In this document: in pieces, positions 25,034-32,537 of the stretch | Position numbering within the stretch: position 1 is the first letter of the stretch | Layout of the letters: each line of letters starts with the position of its first letter | Source: a virus | Length of the DNA stretch: 64,000 bases | Virus record (IMG/VR): IMGVR_UViG_3300032284_001716 | Span: 1 to 64,000 of that record | Direction: 5' to 3' (one strand) | The notes under the pieces: generated by a model | Seen by the model: only the letters and a program-made list of their open reading frames with translations | Database searches by the model: none | Told to the model about the DNA's origin: nothing | Made by a program: the position numbers and the translations under genes

Positions 25034-26395
25034 ATGATTAAGCAACTGGCCGCAATCGGAATGGCCTTAACAACCTCTACAGTAGCTCTTGCTACCGATC
25101 TTCCGTCAAAGCGAGCTGCTCCTGCATCCTATGTTAAGATTTGTGATGCGTATGGTGCAGGTTTCTTTGCTATTCCTGGAACCGACACGTGTGTCCATAT
25201 TGGTGGTATGGTTCGTTATGATACGTTCTATGTTCCATCTCAGGACGTCTATAAGATTACATCCGGCGCTAAGGCAATTGCAACCGCTAAGGATGTAGAG
25301 AATACTCTTGGTAATGAGGTTCGTGGCCGTATCGATCTTGATGCGCGCACCGCAACCGACTATGGCACTCTCCAGACTGTCGTGAGCTCACGTCTTGGTC
25401 GTACGAGTGGTGCTCTTGCTGATCTTGGTGCACCTACTGGTGCTACTCAGTCTGCAACAACGACTACCCCTATTATGGAAGCTGCCTACATGCGTTGGGC
25501 TGGTTTCACTGCGGGTATCGCACGTGATAACTTCCAGTATATGCCTGTTGTTACCTACACAGGTAACCAGCACTGGGCATCATTCTCAAACGGTGCAAAG
25601 CAGCTTGCTTACACTGCTGTGATCGGTGGCACTGGATTGTCAGCGACTGTAGCTATTCAGGATCCTACTGATACCGCAATCGCTCCTGTTGGTATCACAT
25701 CTCTTGCCACTGTTTACTCAGTCAATCGTACTCCACAGGTTAACGGTCGCATTGACTATGATCAGTCGTGGGGTGGTGTAGCTGTGATGGGTGCAACCCG
25801 TCAGGCAAATGGTATCGATCCAACTGGTGCAGTCTATGACAAGACTGCAAACGTTTGGGCGGCTGGCGCTGGTGCAAAGATCAATCTGCCATTCCTCGGT
25901 AATGGTGATGCGATCTATTTTACGGCTAACTATGCTAACGGTATGACTGAATATACCGACTCGTATGGTTCTAATAAGGCGTCTGCAAACGTCAAGCGTG
26001 ATGTTGGTGGATATGCTTTGAACCAGCCTAGTGTTGTGTATGGAGCAAACGGTCTTGAGCTTGTTAAGTCATGGAACGTAGGCAGCGCGCTTACCCATAA
26101 CTGGAATGATAAGTGGAAGTCGAACGTGTTTGGTTCCTACGGCACTATCACTGCGCCTGCTACCTCTGCTGCACTCGTGTGGGATGGTAAGGTTGGATTC
26201 GGTGATGCCAAGATGTGGAGTGCAGGTACTAACCTGACTTTCAGCCCTGTCAAGGACTTTGATATTGGTGTTGAGGGTATCTACTCTAACATGAAGCAGG
26301 ATGTTCGTTATACACTGGCTAGCTCGACTAATATCGTCACTAGCGAGTCACAGAATAACTGGACAGCGCGCGCTCGAGTTGAACGCCGCTTCTAA
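25034..26395 (+). CDS. Alphaproteobacterial outer-membrane porin (Omp2/RopA, Porin_2 family)
   Basis: Signal peptide, DLPS…YVKICDAYGAGFFAIPGTDTC…GG.VR, LDART.TDYGTL, C-terminal Phe (ERRF). Confidence 0.92.
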   Translation: MIKQLAAIGMALTTSTVALATDLPSKRAAPASYVKICDAYGAGFFAIPGTDTCVHIGGMVRYDTFYVPSQDVYKITSGAKAIATAKDVENTLGNEVRGRIDLDARTATDYGTLQTVVSSRLGRTSGALADLGAPTGATQSATTTTPIMEAAYMRWAGFTAGIARDNFQYMPVVTYTGNQHWASFSNGAKQLAYTAVIGGTGLSATVAIQDPTDTAIAPVGITSLATVYSVNRTPQVNGRIDYDQSWGGVAVMGATRQANGIDPTGAVYDKTANVWAAGAGAKINLPFLGNGDAIYFTANYANGMTEYTDSYGSNKASANVKRDVGGYALNQPSVVYGANGLELVKSWNVGSALTHNWNDKWKSNVFGSYGTITAPATSAALVWDGKVGFGDAKMWSAGTNLTFSPVKDFDIGVEGIYSNMKQDVRYTLASSTNIVTSESQNNWTARARVERRF

Positions 26396-27519
26396 TGATC
26401 TCTCTTACGCCTGACAAGTTCGGGTACTATCAAGTAGGCGATCGCTCTACCTATAGTAAACTCGAGGCTATCGAATGGGCAAGAGCAACAACTGCAAAGA
26501 CGGAGTGGAACTTTAACCGCTCCGTCTTTGACGCTTTGGAATGGACAAAGGAACCAGAGACCGACCTCTGGACGATGTACAAACTAAGAGCGAGGCAGAT
26601 ACGTGAAAGCTACGATTATATTGTACTATGGTATAGCGGCGGCTCTGATAGTCACAATATTCTCCATGCTTGGCTAGATGCTGGTCTTAAGATAGACGAG
26701 ATAGCTACCACGTGGAACTATCAAGCCACAGGCGATATGCAGAACCACTACAACGCTGAGATTACCAACGTTGTACTACCAGACATTAAAGCTTTAAAGG
26801 ATGCTGGTCATGAGTTCGAATTTAGGCTCGTAGACATTTCTCAGTTCTGCATCGACCTGTTCTCTGTATGGGGATCAGAGTATGAGTACAATGTCAACTT
26901 TCACCTGAGCCCAAACAATCCTGCAAAGCATCTCTTCCGTCATAAGATCGAAGACTATAAGAATATGATTGCAGCAGGTAAGAAGGTTTGCTTCGTATGG
27001 GGAAAAGAGAAACCCATACTTCAACATGATGGCAGACACTATATTCAATTCACAGATAACATCGACAATACAGTCGGTCCATACGTACAGCGAAAGTATT
27101 ATCAAGGATGGTATGATGAATTATTCTACTGGACTCCTGACTTCCCATTACTGGCTGTAAAGCAAGCTCATGTGTTGAAGAATTATGTTGAGTCGTGTAA
27201 TGATTCCTCACAGTTCGAATCATACAACCCAAAGAAATTTCAAATAGGTGGATACTCAAAAACGTTTGATGGGTATCTAAAGGATCAGTTTGTAAAGACT
27301 GCTATATATCCAAGATGGTCAAATGACATCTTCTGCAACGGCAAAGCCGGATCATTCGTGTACTCATTGAGAGATGATTGGTTTCTACACGGGAATGTGG
27401 ATGTTCGCGGTAAATATATGCAGATGGTTGATTCCATCTTTATTAATATTGAGCATGATGCAAGTGAAGGGCGACGAAACATCATGCCGCATTATAGCCC
27501 TCGGTACTATTTAGAATGA
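26395..27519 (+). CDS. PP-loop (adenine nucleotide alpha-hydrolase) protein
   Basis: LWYSGGSDS motif. Confidence 0.7.
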   Translation: MISLTPDKFGYYQVGDRSTYSKLEAIEWARATTAKTEWNFNRSVFDALEWTKEPETDLWTMYKLRARQIRESYDYIVLWYSGGSDSHNILHAWLDAGLKIDEIATTWNYQATGDMQNHYNAEITNVVLPDIKALKDAGHEFEFRLVDISQFCIDLFSVWGSEYEYNVNFHLSPNNPAKHLFRHKIEDYKNMIAAGKKVCFVWGKEKPILQHDGRHYIQFTDNIDNTVGPYVQRKYYQGWYDELFYWTPDFPLLAVKQAHVLKNYVESCNDSSQFESYNPKKFQIGGYSKTFDGYLKDQFVKTAIYPRWSNDIFCNGKAGSFVYSLRDDWFLHGNVDVRGKYMQMVDSIFINIEHDASEGRRNIMPHYSPRYYLE

Positions 27520-27743
27520 TTACCTTCTACGAAACTCAGATGCGTACCATCGCCAAGATCATCACATGGCGCGTGCTACTTACTATCGTCAACTTCACAT
27601 ACACATATGTTGTCACTGGAGATTGGAAAGCAGGATTGGCTGTTGCCGGACTTGCTGCTATCTTTAACTCGTTCATCTACTGGAGTCACGAACGAGTATG
27701 GAACAGTGTCCTTTGGGGTAAGAAAGAAAAAGATGTTCAATAA
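27516..27743 (+). CDS. DUF2061 membrane protein
   Basis: RTIAKIITWR…YWSHERVWN..WG. Confidence 0.85.
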   Translation: MITFYETQMRTIAKIITWRVLLTIVNFTYTYVVTGDWKAGLAVAGLAAIFNSFIYWSHERVWNSVLWGKKEKDVQ

Positions 27744-29094
27744 GAAATCCTTCTGCACTATGCCATGGTCGTCGATCATGATCTTGCCTACTGGTGATTT
27801 CAAGATATGCTGCTTTACCGGCCATAGGCATAATAACATCGAGACGCACGGTGTTGCGGTAGATGATGATGGCAACTCTATGAACGTGTTGACCCACGAC
27901 ATTATGGAAGCTATGAATAGCAAATGGCATAAGGAGTTGCGTCTTGCCCAATCAAAGGGTGAGCGTCATGAGATTTGCCGTGTGTGCTGGGATCGTGATG
28001 ATGCTGCAGAGCGTCAGGGTGAAATCTCTACCTCACTCCGTGTAGTTCGTTCATACTATCAAAACCTTGAAGGCAAAGAGGATCGCCCGGGTGGATTCCC
28101 TATGAAGGGATCTATGACGTGGGATCAGGCTGATAAGTGGATGGATGAAGATGGGTCTATCAAGACCATGCCTCTATCGCTTGACATGCGCTTCAGCAAT
28201 CTTTGCAACTCTAAGTGCATCATGTGCGAACCTCTCTACAGCAATCTGTGGTATGAGGAGCAGCTGACAATTCATAAGAAGGACTACTTCGATGTCGGTC
28301 CTAAGCAATATAAGATCAACAAGAAGATCGGTGGCTCACGCGCTACATACTCTGCTGATATGCCTGATTGGAATGATGATCCACGCTGGTGGGCACAGTT
28401 TGATAAGATGGCACCACACCTTCGCCACATCTACATCACCGGTGGTGAACCGTTTGTCCAGCCTGTTCATGATGTGTTCATTCAGAAGCTTGTTGATCGT
28501 GGGTTTGCGAAAGACATTGTCATTGAGTATGACACCAACCTGACCGTGTTGAATCCGAAGATCCTTACTATGCTAAAGGAGTTCAAGGATATTATCATTC
28601 GCGTGTCGCTCGACGGTGTTGGTGAGCAGTACAACCTTATCAGATTCCCCGCAAAGTTCGATCGTGTCGTAGCTAACATGGAGCTACTCGAGCAGTATGG
28701 TCTGAAAGACAAGATCGTCAACATCACCTGCTGCATTGGTATCTATTCTATCTTCTCACCGATCGAGCATGATAAGTTCTTCAGACCACGCGGATACACT
28801 CAGTTCCAGAATCGTCTGCTAAGGTCACCACCTCAGGTCGACATTATCAATCTTCCCCGTAAGATTAAGGAACAGGTAATCAAGATCTACGAAGATAGCG
28901 GACTAGAAGGCATGGATTCTAAGCATGTGGTTGGCTATCTAAAGAATAATCTAGATGCTCTTACCGATGAGCAGTGTCGTCCTAAGATGCTGCAGTTCTT
29001 ATCATACATGAACGCACTAGATCGTTCTAGAGGAACTAACTGGGCAGCTACGTTCCCAGAAATCTATAAGCTAATTGCTGAGTTCTACAACTAG
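27733..29094 (+). CDS. Radical SAM protein with N-terminal twitch/SPASM-like domain
   Basis: CTMPW…CC…CRVC; CNSKCIMC (CxxxCxxC); ITGGEP; YDTN; SLDG. Confidence 0.9.
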   Translation: MFNKKSFCTMPWSSIMILPTGDFKICCFTGHRHNNIETHGVAVDDDGNSMNVLTHDIMEAMNSKWHKELRLAQSKGERHEICRVCWDRDDAAERQGEISTSLRVVRSYYQNLEGKEDRPGGFPMKGSMTWDQADKWMDEDGSIKTMPLSLDMRFSNLCNSKCIMCEPLYSNLWYEEQLTIHKKDYFDVGPKQYKINKKIGGSRATYSADMPDWNDDPRWWAQFDKMAPHLRHIYITGGEPFVQPVHDVFIQKLVDRGFAKDIVIEYDTNLTVLNPKILTMLKEFKDIIIRVSLDGVGEQYNLIRFPAKFDRVVANMELLEQYGLKDKIVNITCCIGIYSIFSPIEHDKFFRPRGYTQFQNRLLRSPPQVDIINLPRKIKEQVIKIYEDSGLEGMDSKHVVGYLKNNLDALTDEQCRPKMLQFLSYMNALDRSRGTNWAATFPEIYKLIAEFYN

Positions 29095-29097
29095 TTG

Positions 29098-29126
29098 TGT
29101 ACAACACCTGAAGCTTGTGGTATAAT
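29098..29126 (+). promoter_or_regulatory. Early promoter
   Basis: TGTACA-N17-TATAAT, GTGG extended -10. Confidence 0.72.
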
Positions 29127-29132
29127 AGGTCC

Positions 29133-29342
29133 ATGATGAAAAAAGTAATCCATACAGACAAACTAGTAGGCACTATCTGCATCTTGCTATCCCTGATAGC
29201 TATGACGTACGGCTACGGCCTTGTCAATATCGATGGCCTGACATGGTTTATCTTAGTCCTGTGCTTCATAGCCTGGGATCGTCTCATGTCAATTGGTATT
29301 GCCATACTCCTAGGCGTAGAACTTGAGGAACAAAATGATTAG
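29133..29342 (+). CDS. Small membrane protein
   Basis: Two hydrophobic helices. Confidence 0.6.
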   Translation: MMKKVIHTDKLVGTICILLSLIAMTYGYGLVNIDGLTWFILVLCFIAWDRLMSIGIAILLGVELEEQND

Positions 29343-29565
29343 TGCCATTACGGCTGCAAATACATTCAATGATGAGATCGAGAAGTTACGTAAGACTAAG
29401 AATCTTGAGTACATCGATGCAGTTATCTACTGGTGTGAAACCAACAAGATTGAGGTCGAGTTTGCAGCCGGCCTAATCAAGAAGGATCCAGTATTCAAAT
29501 CAAAAGTTCAAATTGAAGCTGAAAATCTTAATATCTTGAAAAGGGGAGCTCGACTCCCTATATAA
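29335..29565 (+). CDS. gp33: Late transcription coactivator gp33
   Basis: YIDAVIYWCETNKIEVE…K.KVQIEAENLN; synteny with gp59 and gp32. Confidence 0.88.
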   Translation: MISAITAANTFNDEIEKLRKTKNLEYIDAVIYWCETNKIEVEFAAGLIKKDPVFKSKVQIEAENLNILKRGARLPI

Positions 29566-29568
29566 ATA
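29561..29568 (+). promoter_or_regulatory. T4-type late promoter
   Basis: TATAAATA. Confidence 0.7.
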
Positions 29569-29580
29569 GGATAACAGCAG

Positions 29581-30039
29581 GTGAGATCTATGTACCTAAA
29601 AATCAAAGGTAAGCCTCTCAGACTCCCGAAGCAGCTCTGTAAACAGGCTGCTAAACACTATGCCCTAAAACTATTAGGCCCACGCCTTTATCATCTAGTT
29701 GAAGTAGAGATTGAGTTCTCGTCAGATGACATGAGCTCAGATGTCTATGCTTATTGTGACTGGAATGATACCAACTACAGGGCTAGGGACTTCACAATCA
29801 CACTCCGACCAAACTTAAGTAAGAAGCAGACACTACTTGCACTGGCACATGAGATGGTTCACGTAAAGCAGTATGCTAAGGGTGAGCTACGCGACTATGT
29901 GCGTACTAGACGTTGTAAGTGGCGTGGTGAGATATTCGATGAGCGCATCAGCTATTGGGATGCACCATGGGAGATCGAGGCACACGGCCGTGAGAAAGGC
30001 CTCTACATTAGTTTCATTAATGATCAGCGAGCTAAGTGA
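29581..30039 (+). CDS. HExxH zinc metallopeptidase-like protein
   Basis: LAHEMVHVKQY…PWEIEA. Confidence 0.8.
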   Translation: MRSMYLKIKGKPLRLPKQLCKQAAKHYALKLLGPRLYHLVEVEIEFSSDDMSSDVYAYCDWNDTNYRARDFTITLRPNLSKKQTLLALAHEMVHVKQYAKGELRDYVRTRRCKWRGEIFDERISYWDAPWEIEAHGREKGLYISFINDQRAK

Positions 30040-30317
30040 TGGTATATCGTAGCACAAGAAAAACAGCATGTGTAGAGGTTGATGTAGACTTTGACCTTGA
30101 TGACTTCGATGAATCAGACCTAATCGATTACATCGAAGATAAAGGTTATACTGTTATCGAAGGTAAGGTAAGTACAAAGTACGAAACCTTCGAACAGCTT
30201 GATAAGCAACTATGGCAGCTCTATCTTATCTACACATCTGATAAAGGTGCAGGTCCCGAGATGGACCGAGCACTCGGTAATTTCTTTGCTGACTACTATA
30301 ACAAAGTCAGTGTTTAA
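30036..30317 (+). CDS. Hypothetical protein
   Basis: Coupled ORF. Confidence 0.65.
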   Translation: MMVYRSTRKTACVEVDVDFDLDDFDESDLIDYIEDKGYTVIEGKVSTKYETFEQLDKQLWQLYLIYTSDKGAGPEMDRALGNFFADYYNKVSV

Positions 30318-30344
30318 CTGTTTACATACCAGTAGAAACGTGAT

Positions 30345-30929
30345 ATGATGTCTGCATTCGATTGTTACAAAGAGTATGTTGCTCTTAAGAATCACTTCAC
30401 TAAGCCTGGATACGACTACTTCAAGTACAACGGAAAGATGAAGCTCAACTACGCCTCATTTGAGAAGCGTAATGATAAGCTGTTCTTTCAGAAGTTGGCA
30501 AAGCACGAGGATCCTCAGGGCCTAATTGTGTCCAACCTTCTGCGTGATAAGAAGCTGTGGATCCGTGACCTGGCTTACTCAGAGGTATCTGAGAAAACGT
30601 TTCAAGAGTGGCAGCGCCGAAAGCAGTCACTAACCTATACGTTCAAGCAGGAGCTTGAACAGCTATTGCCAAACTTTGATGCTAACTTCAAAGTATCTGG
30701 CAATCACCCACATCTTATGAAGCTTTACTTTGCAAAGAAGGTAAGCATCGAGACGTTGGTGATTTTGGTTGATCTTGTCAGGTGCTCTAAGCACTGGTAC
30801 GATCAGCTTCAATACGACCCTGTCGCTGATGAGGTTCTCAACACAATTGTGAAATATAGACCATTCCTAGATTATGACCGTGAGAAAGTGAAAAATATTG
30901 TGGTTGAGAAGTTTTCTGCGACAGGGTAA
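30345..30929 (+). CDS. gp59: Helicase loader gp59
   Basis: YVALKNHF…YDYFKYNGK…FEKRND..FF.KLA; upstream of gp32. Confidence 0.92.
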   Translation: MMSAFDCYKEYVALKNHFTKPGYDYFKYNGKMKLNYASFEKRNDKLFFQKLAKHEDPQGLIVSNLLRDKKLWIRDLAYSEVSEKTFQEWQRRKQSLTYTFKQELEQLLPNFDANFKVSGNHPHLMKLYFAKKVSIETLVILVDLVRCSKHWYDQLQYDPVADEVLNTIVKYRPFLDYDREKVKNIVVEKFSATG

Positions 30930-30939
30930 GATAAATATG

Positions 30940-31009
30940 ATTATACACAAAAATACGAATTTGTGTATAATGAAAAATACGAAAAATACAATCAATACGG
31001 AGAATACAC
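30940..31009 (+). promoter_or_regulatory. Putative gene 32 translational autoregulation leader
   Basis: 11-bp hairpin 30940-30971, then AATAC at 9-nt period up to the start codon. Confidence 0.6.
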
Positions 31010-31930
31010 ATGGTAGACTTTTCTAAGCTTAAGCAGATGTCGGGTAGTGCGTCACTTTCTAAGTTGACCTCTGAGGTTAACAAGATCAATGGTGGCGGTG
31101 AGCAGTCCGGTAAGGACGATCGCTTCTGGTATCCCAACGTCGATAAGGCCGGCAACGGCTATGCGGTTATCCGCTTCCTTCCCCCTCCTCCCGATGAAGA
31201 TATGCCCTTCATCCGTATGTTCTCTCATGGCTTCAAGGGTCCGACCGGCTCTTGGTACATTGAGAACTCTTTGACGACACTTGGTAAGCAGGATCCTGTC
31301 GGCGAGCTTAACTCGCAGCTGTGGAATTCTGGTATTGAGTCTGATAAGGAAGTTGCACGTGCGCAGAAGCGCCGTCTTAACTTCATCAGCAATGTGTACG
31401 TCATCACTGATCAGCAGAATCCTGAAAATGAAGGTAAGGTGTTCTTGTTTAAGTATGGCAAGAAGATCTTCGACAAGCTGAATGATGCCATGAACCCTCA
31501 GTTCCCTGGCGACGTTCCCATGAACCCGTTCGACTTCTGGACTGGCGCTAACTTCAAGATCAAGATTCGTAACGTCGAAGGCTATCGTAACTACGACAAG
31601 TCTGAGTTCGGTGAAGCTGGTCCGTTGTCGAAGGACGACGAGGAGATGGAGAAGGTCTGGAAGAAGGAATACTCTCTGCAAGAGTTCCTTGCTCCGTCTA
31701 ACTTTAAGTCATATGATGAGTTGAAGGAGAAGCTGCATCGAGTCCTCGGACTTGACGGTTCGACTAATGGTCGTACCCCCGCAGCAGCTCGTGCAGTTGC
31801 AAAGACTGATGAAGATGCTCCTTGGAATGAGGCGCCGAAGTTTAAGGCGACTCCTGCTCCAGCTATTGCCCAGGCAGCAGACGATGAGGATGATGAGTCC
31901 CTCGAGTTCTTCAAGAAGCTCGCTGGCTAA
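31010..31930 (+). CDS. gp32: Single-stranded DNA-binding protein gp32
   Basis: DDRFW…GNGYAVIRFLP…WYIENSLTT…NEGKVFLFKYGKKIFDK; acidic tail. Confidence 0.97.
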   Translation: MVDFSKLKQMSGSASLSKLTSEVNKINGGGEQSGKDDRFWYPNVDKAGNGYAVIRFLPPPPDEDMPFIRMFSHGFKGPTGSWYIENSLTTLGKQDPVGELNSQLWNSGIESDKEVARAQKRRLNFISNVYVITDQQNPENEGKVFLFKYGKKIFDKLNDAMNPQFPGDVPMNPFDFWTGANFKIKIRNVEGYRNYDKSEFGEAGPLSKDDEEMEKVWKKEYSLQEFLAPSNFKSYDELKEKLHRVLGLDGSTNGRTPAAARAVAKTDEDAPWNEAPKFKATPAPAIAQAADDEDDESLEFFKKLAG

Positions 31931-31936
31931 GAGATT

Positions 31937-31965
31937 GAGGGGGAGAAATCCCCCTCTTTTTATTT
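31937..31965 (+). terminator. Intrinsic terminator between convergent genes
   Basis: GAGGGGGA-GAAA-TCCCCCTC + T tract. Confidence 0.85.
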
Positions 31966-32523
31966 GTTAATCTTCTCTTGTGTACGACCGTAGGCAGTCA
32001 CACCGAGAATAGCACCGAATGAAAGATGGATCAAACCACCATTCGATAGTGTCAACGACTGCCATGCAACGTACGGCATCTTTGTGATGATGGGTACGAA
32101 GATTGAGATAATAGGGAATGCGACAAAGTCGCAGAAGCACATAAGCATATACAGCCATCCCATTGCAGGACGCCAGTATGCCTTCATCCAGTGTTCGTCT
32201 TCTTTCTTTAGCTGCTGATCAAGAAGTTCCTTATCAAGATTAACCTCAGCTGTACCGACCTGCGCTTGAGCTTGAACCTGTGCGGTCTGCATCTGCATCT
32301 GTACGGTAGCTTGAGCCATTTGTGAATTACCACCATTGTTATTATCAATGATGGTGACTTGCGGCGGAGGCACGTATGCCGGTGCCGGCGGCGGAGGCAC
32401 GTATGCCGGTGTTGGTGTGGGATCTGGTGTTGGTGCTGGAGCTATAGCAACTGGTTTAGGTGGAACCACTCTCTCAACCGGAGGAGCTGGTTCGTCATCC
32501 ACTGATTTCCCGAATTTAGCCAT
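31960..32523 (-). CDS. Holin (GTA 3TM-type) with Pro-rich N-terminus
   Basis: WRPAMGWLY…GAILGVTAYGRTQEK. Confidence 0.75.
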   Translation of the reverse strand: MAKFGKSVDDEPAPPVERVVPPKPVAIAPAPTPDPTPTPAYVPPPPAPAYVPPPQVTIIDNNNGGNSQMAQATVQMQMQTAQVQAQAQVGTAEVNLDKELLDQQLKKEDEHWMKAYWRPAMGWLYMLMCFCDFVAFPIISIFVPIITKMPYVAWQSLTLSNGGLIHLSFGAILGVTAYGRTQEKINK

Positions 32524-32537
32524 TATTTTCTTCCTTA

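Noticed and set aside
30321-30349. TTTACA-N17-TATGAT as gp59 promoter
   Set aside because: The -10 box overlaps the gp59 start codon so it cannot produce gp59 mRNA; may serve gp32 but unsupported
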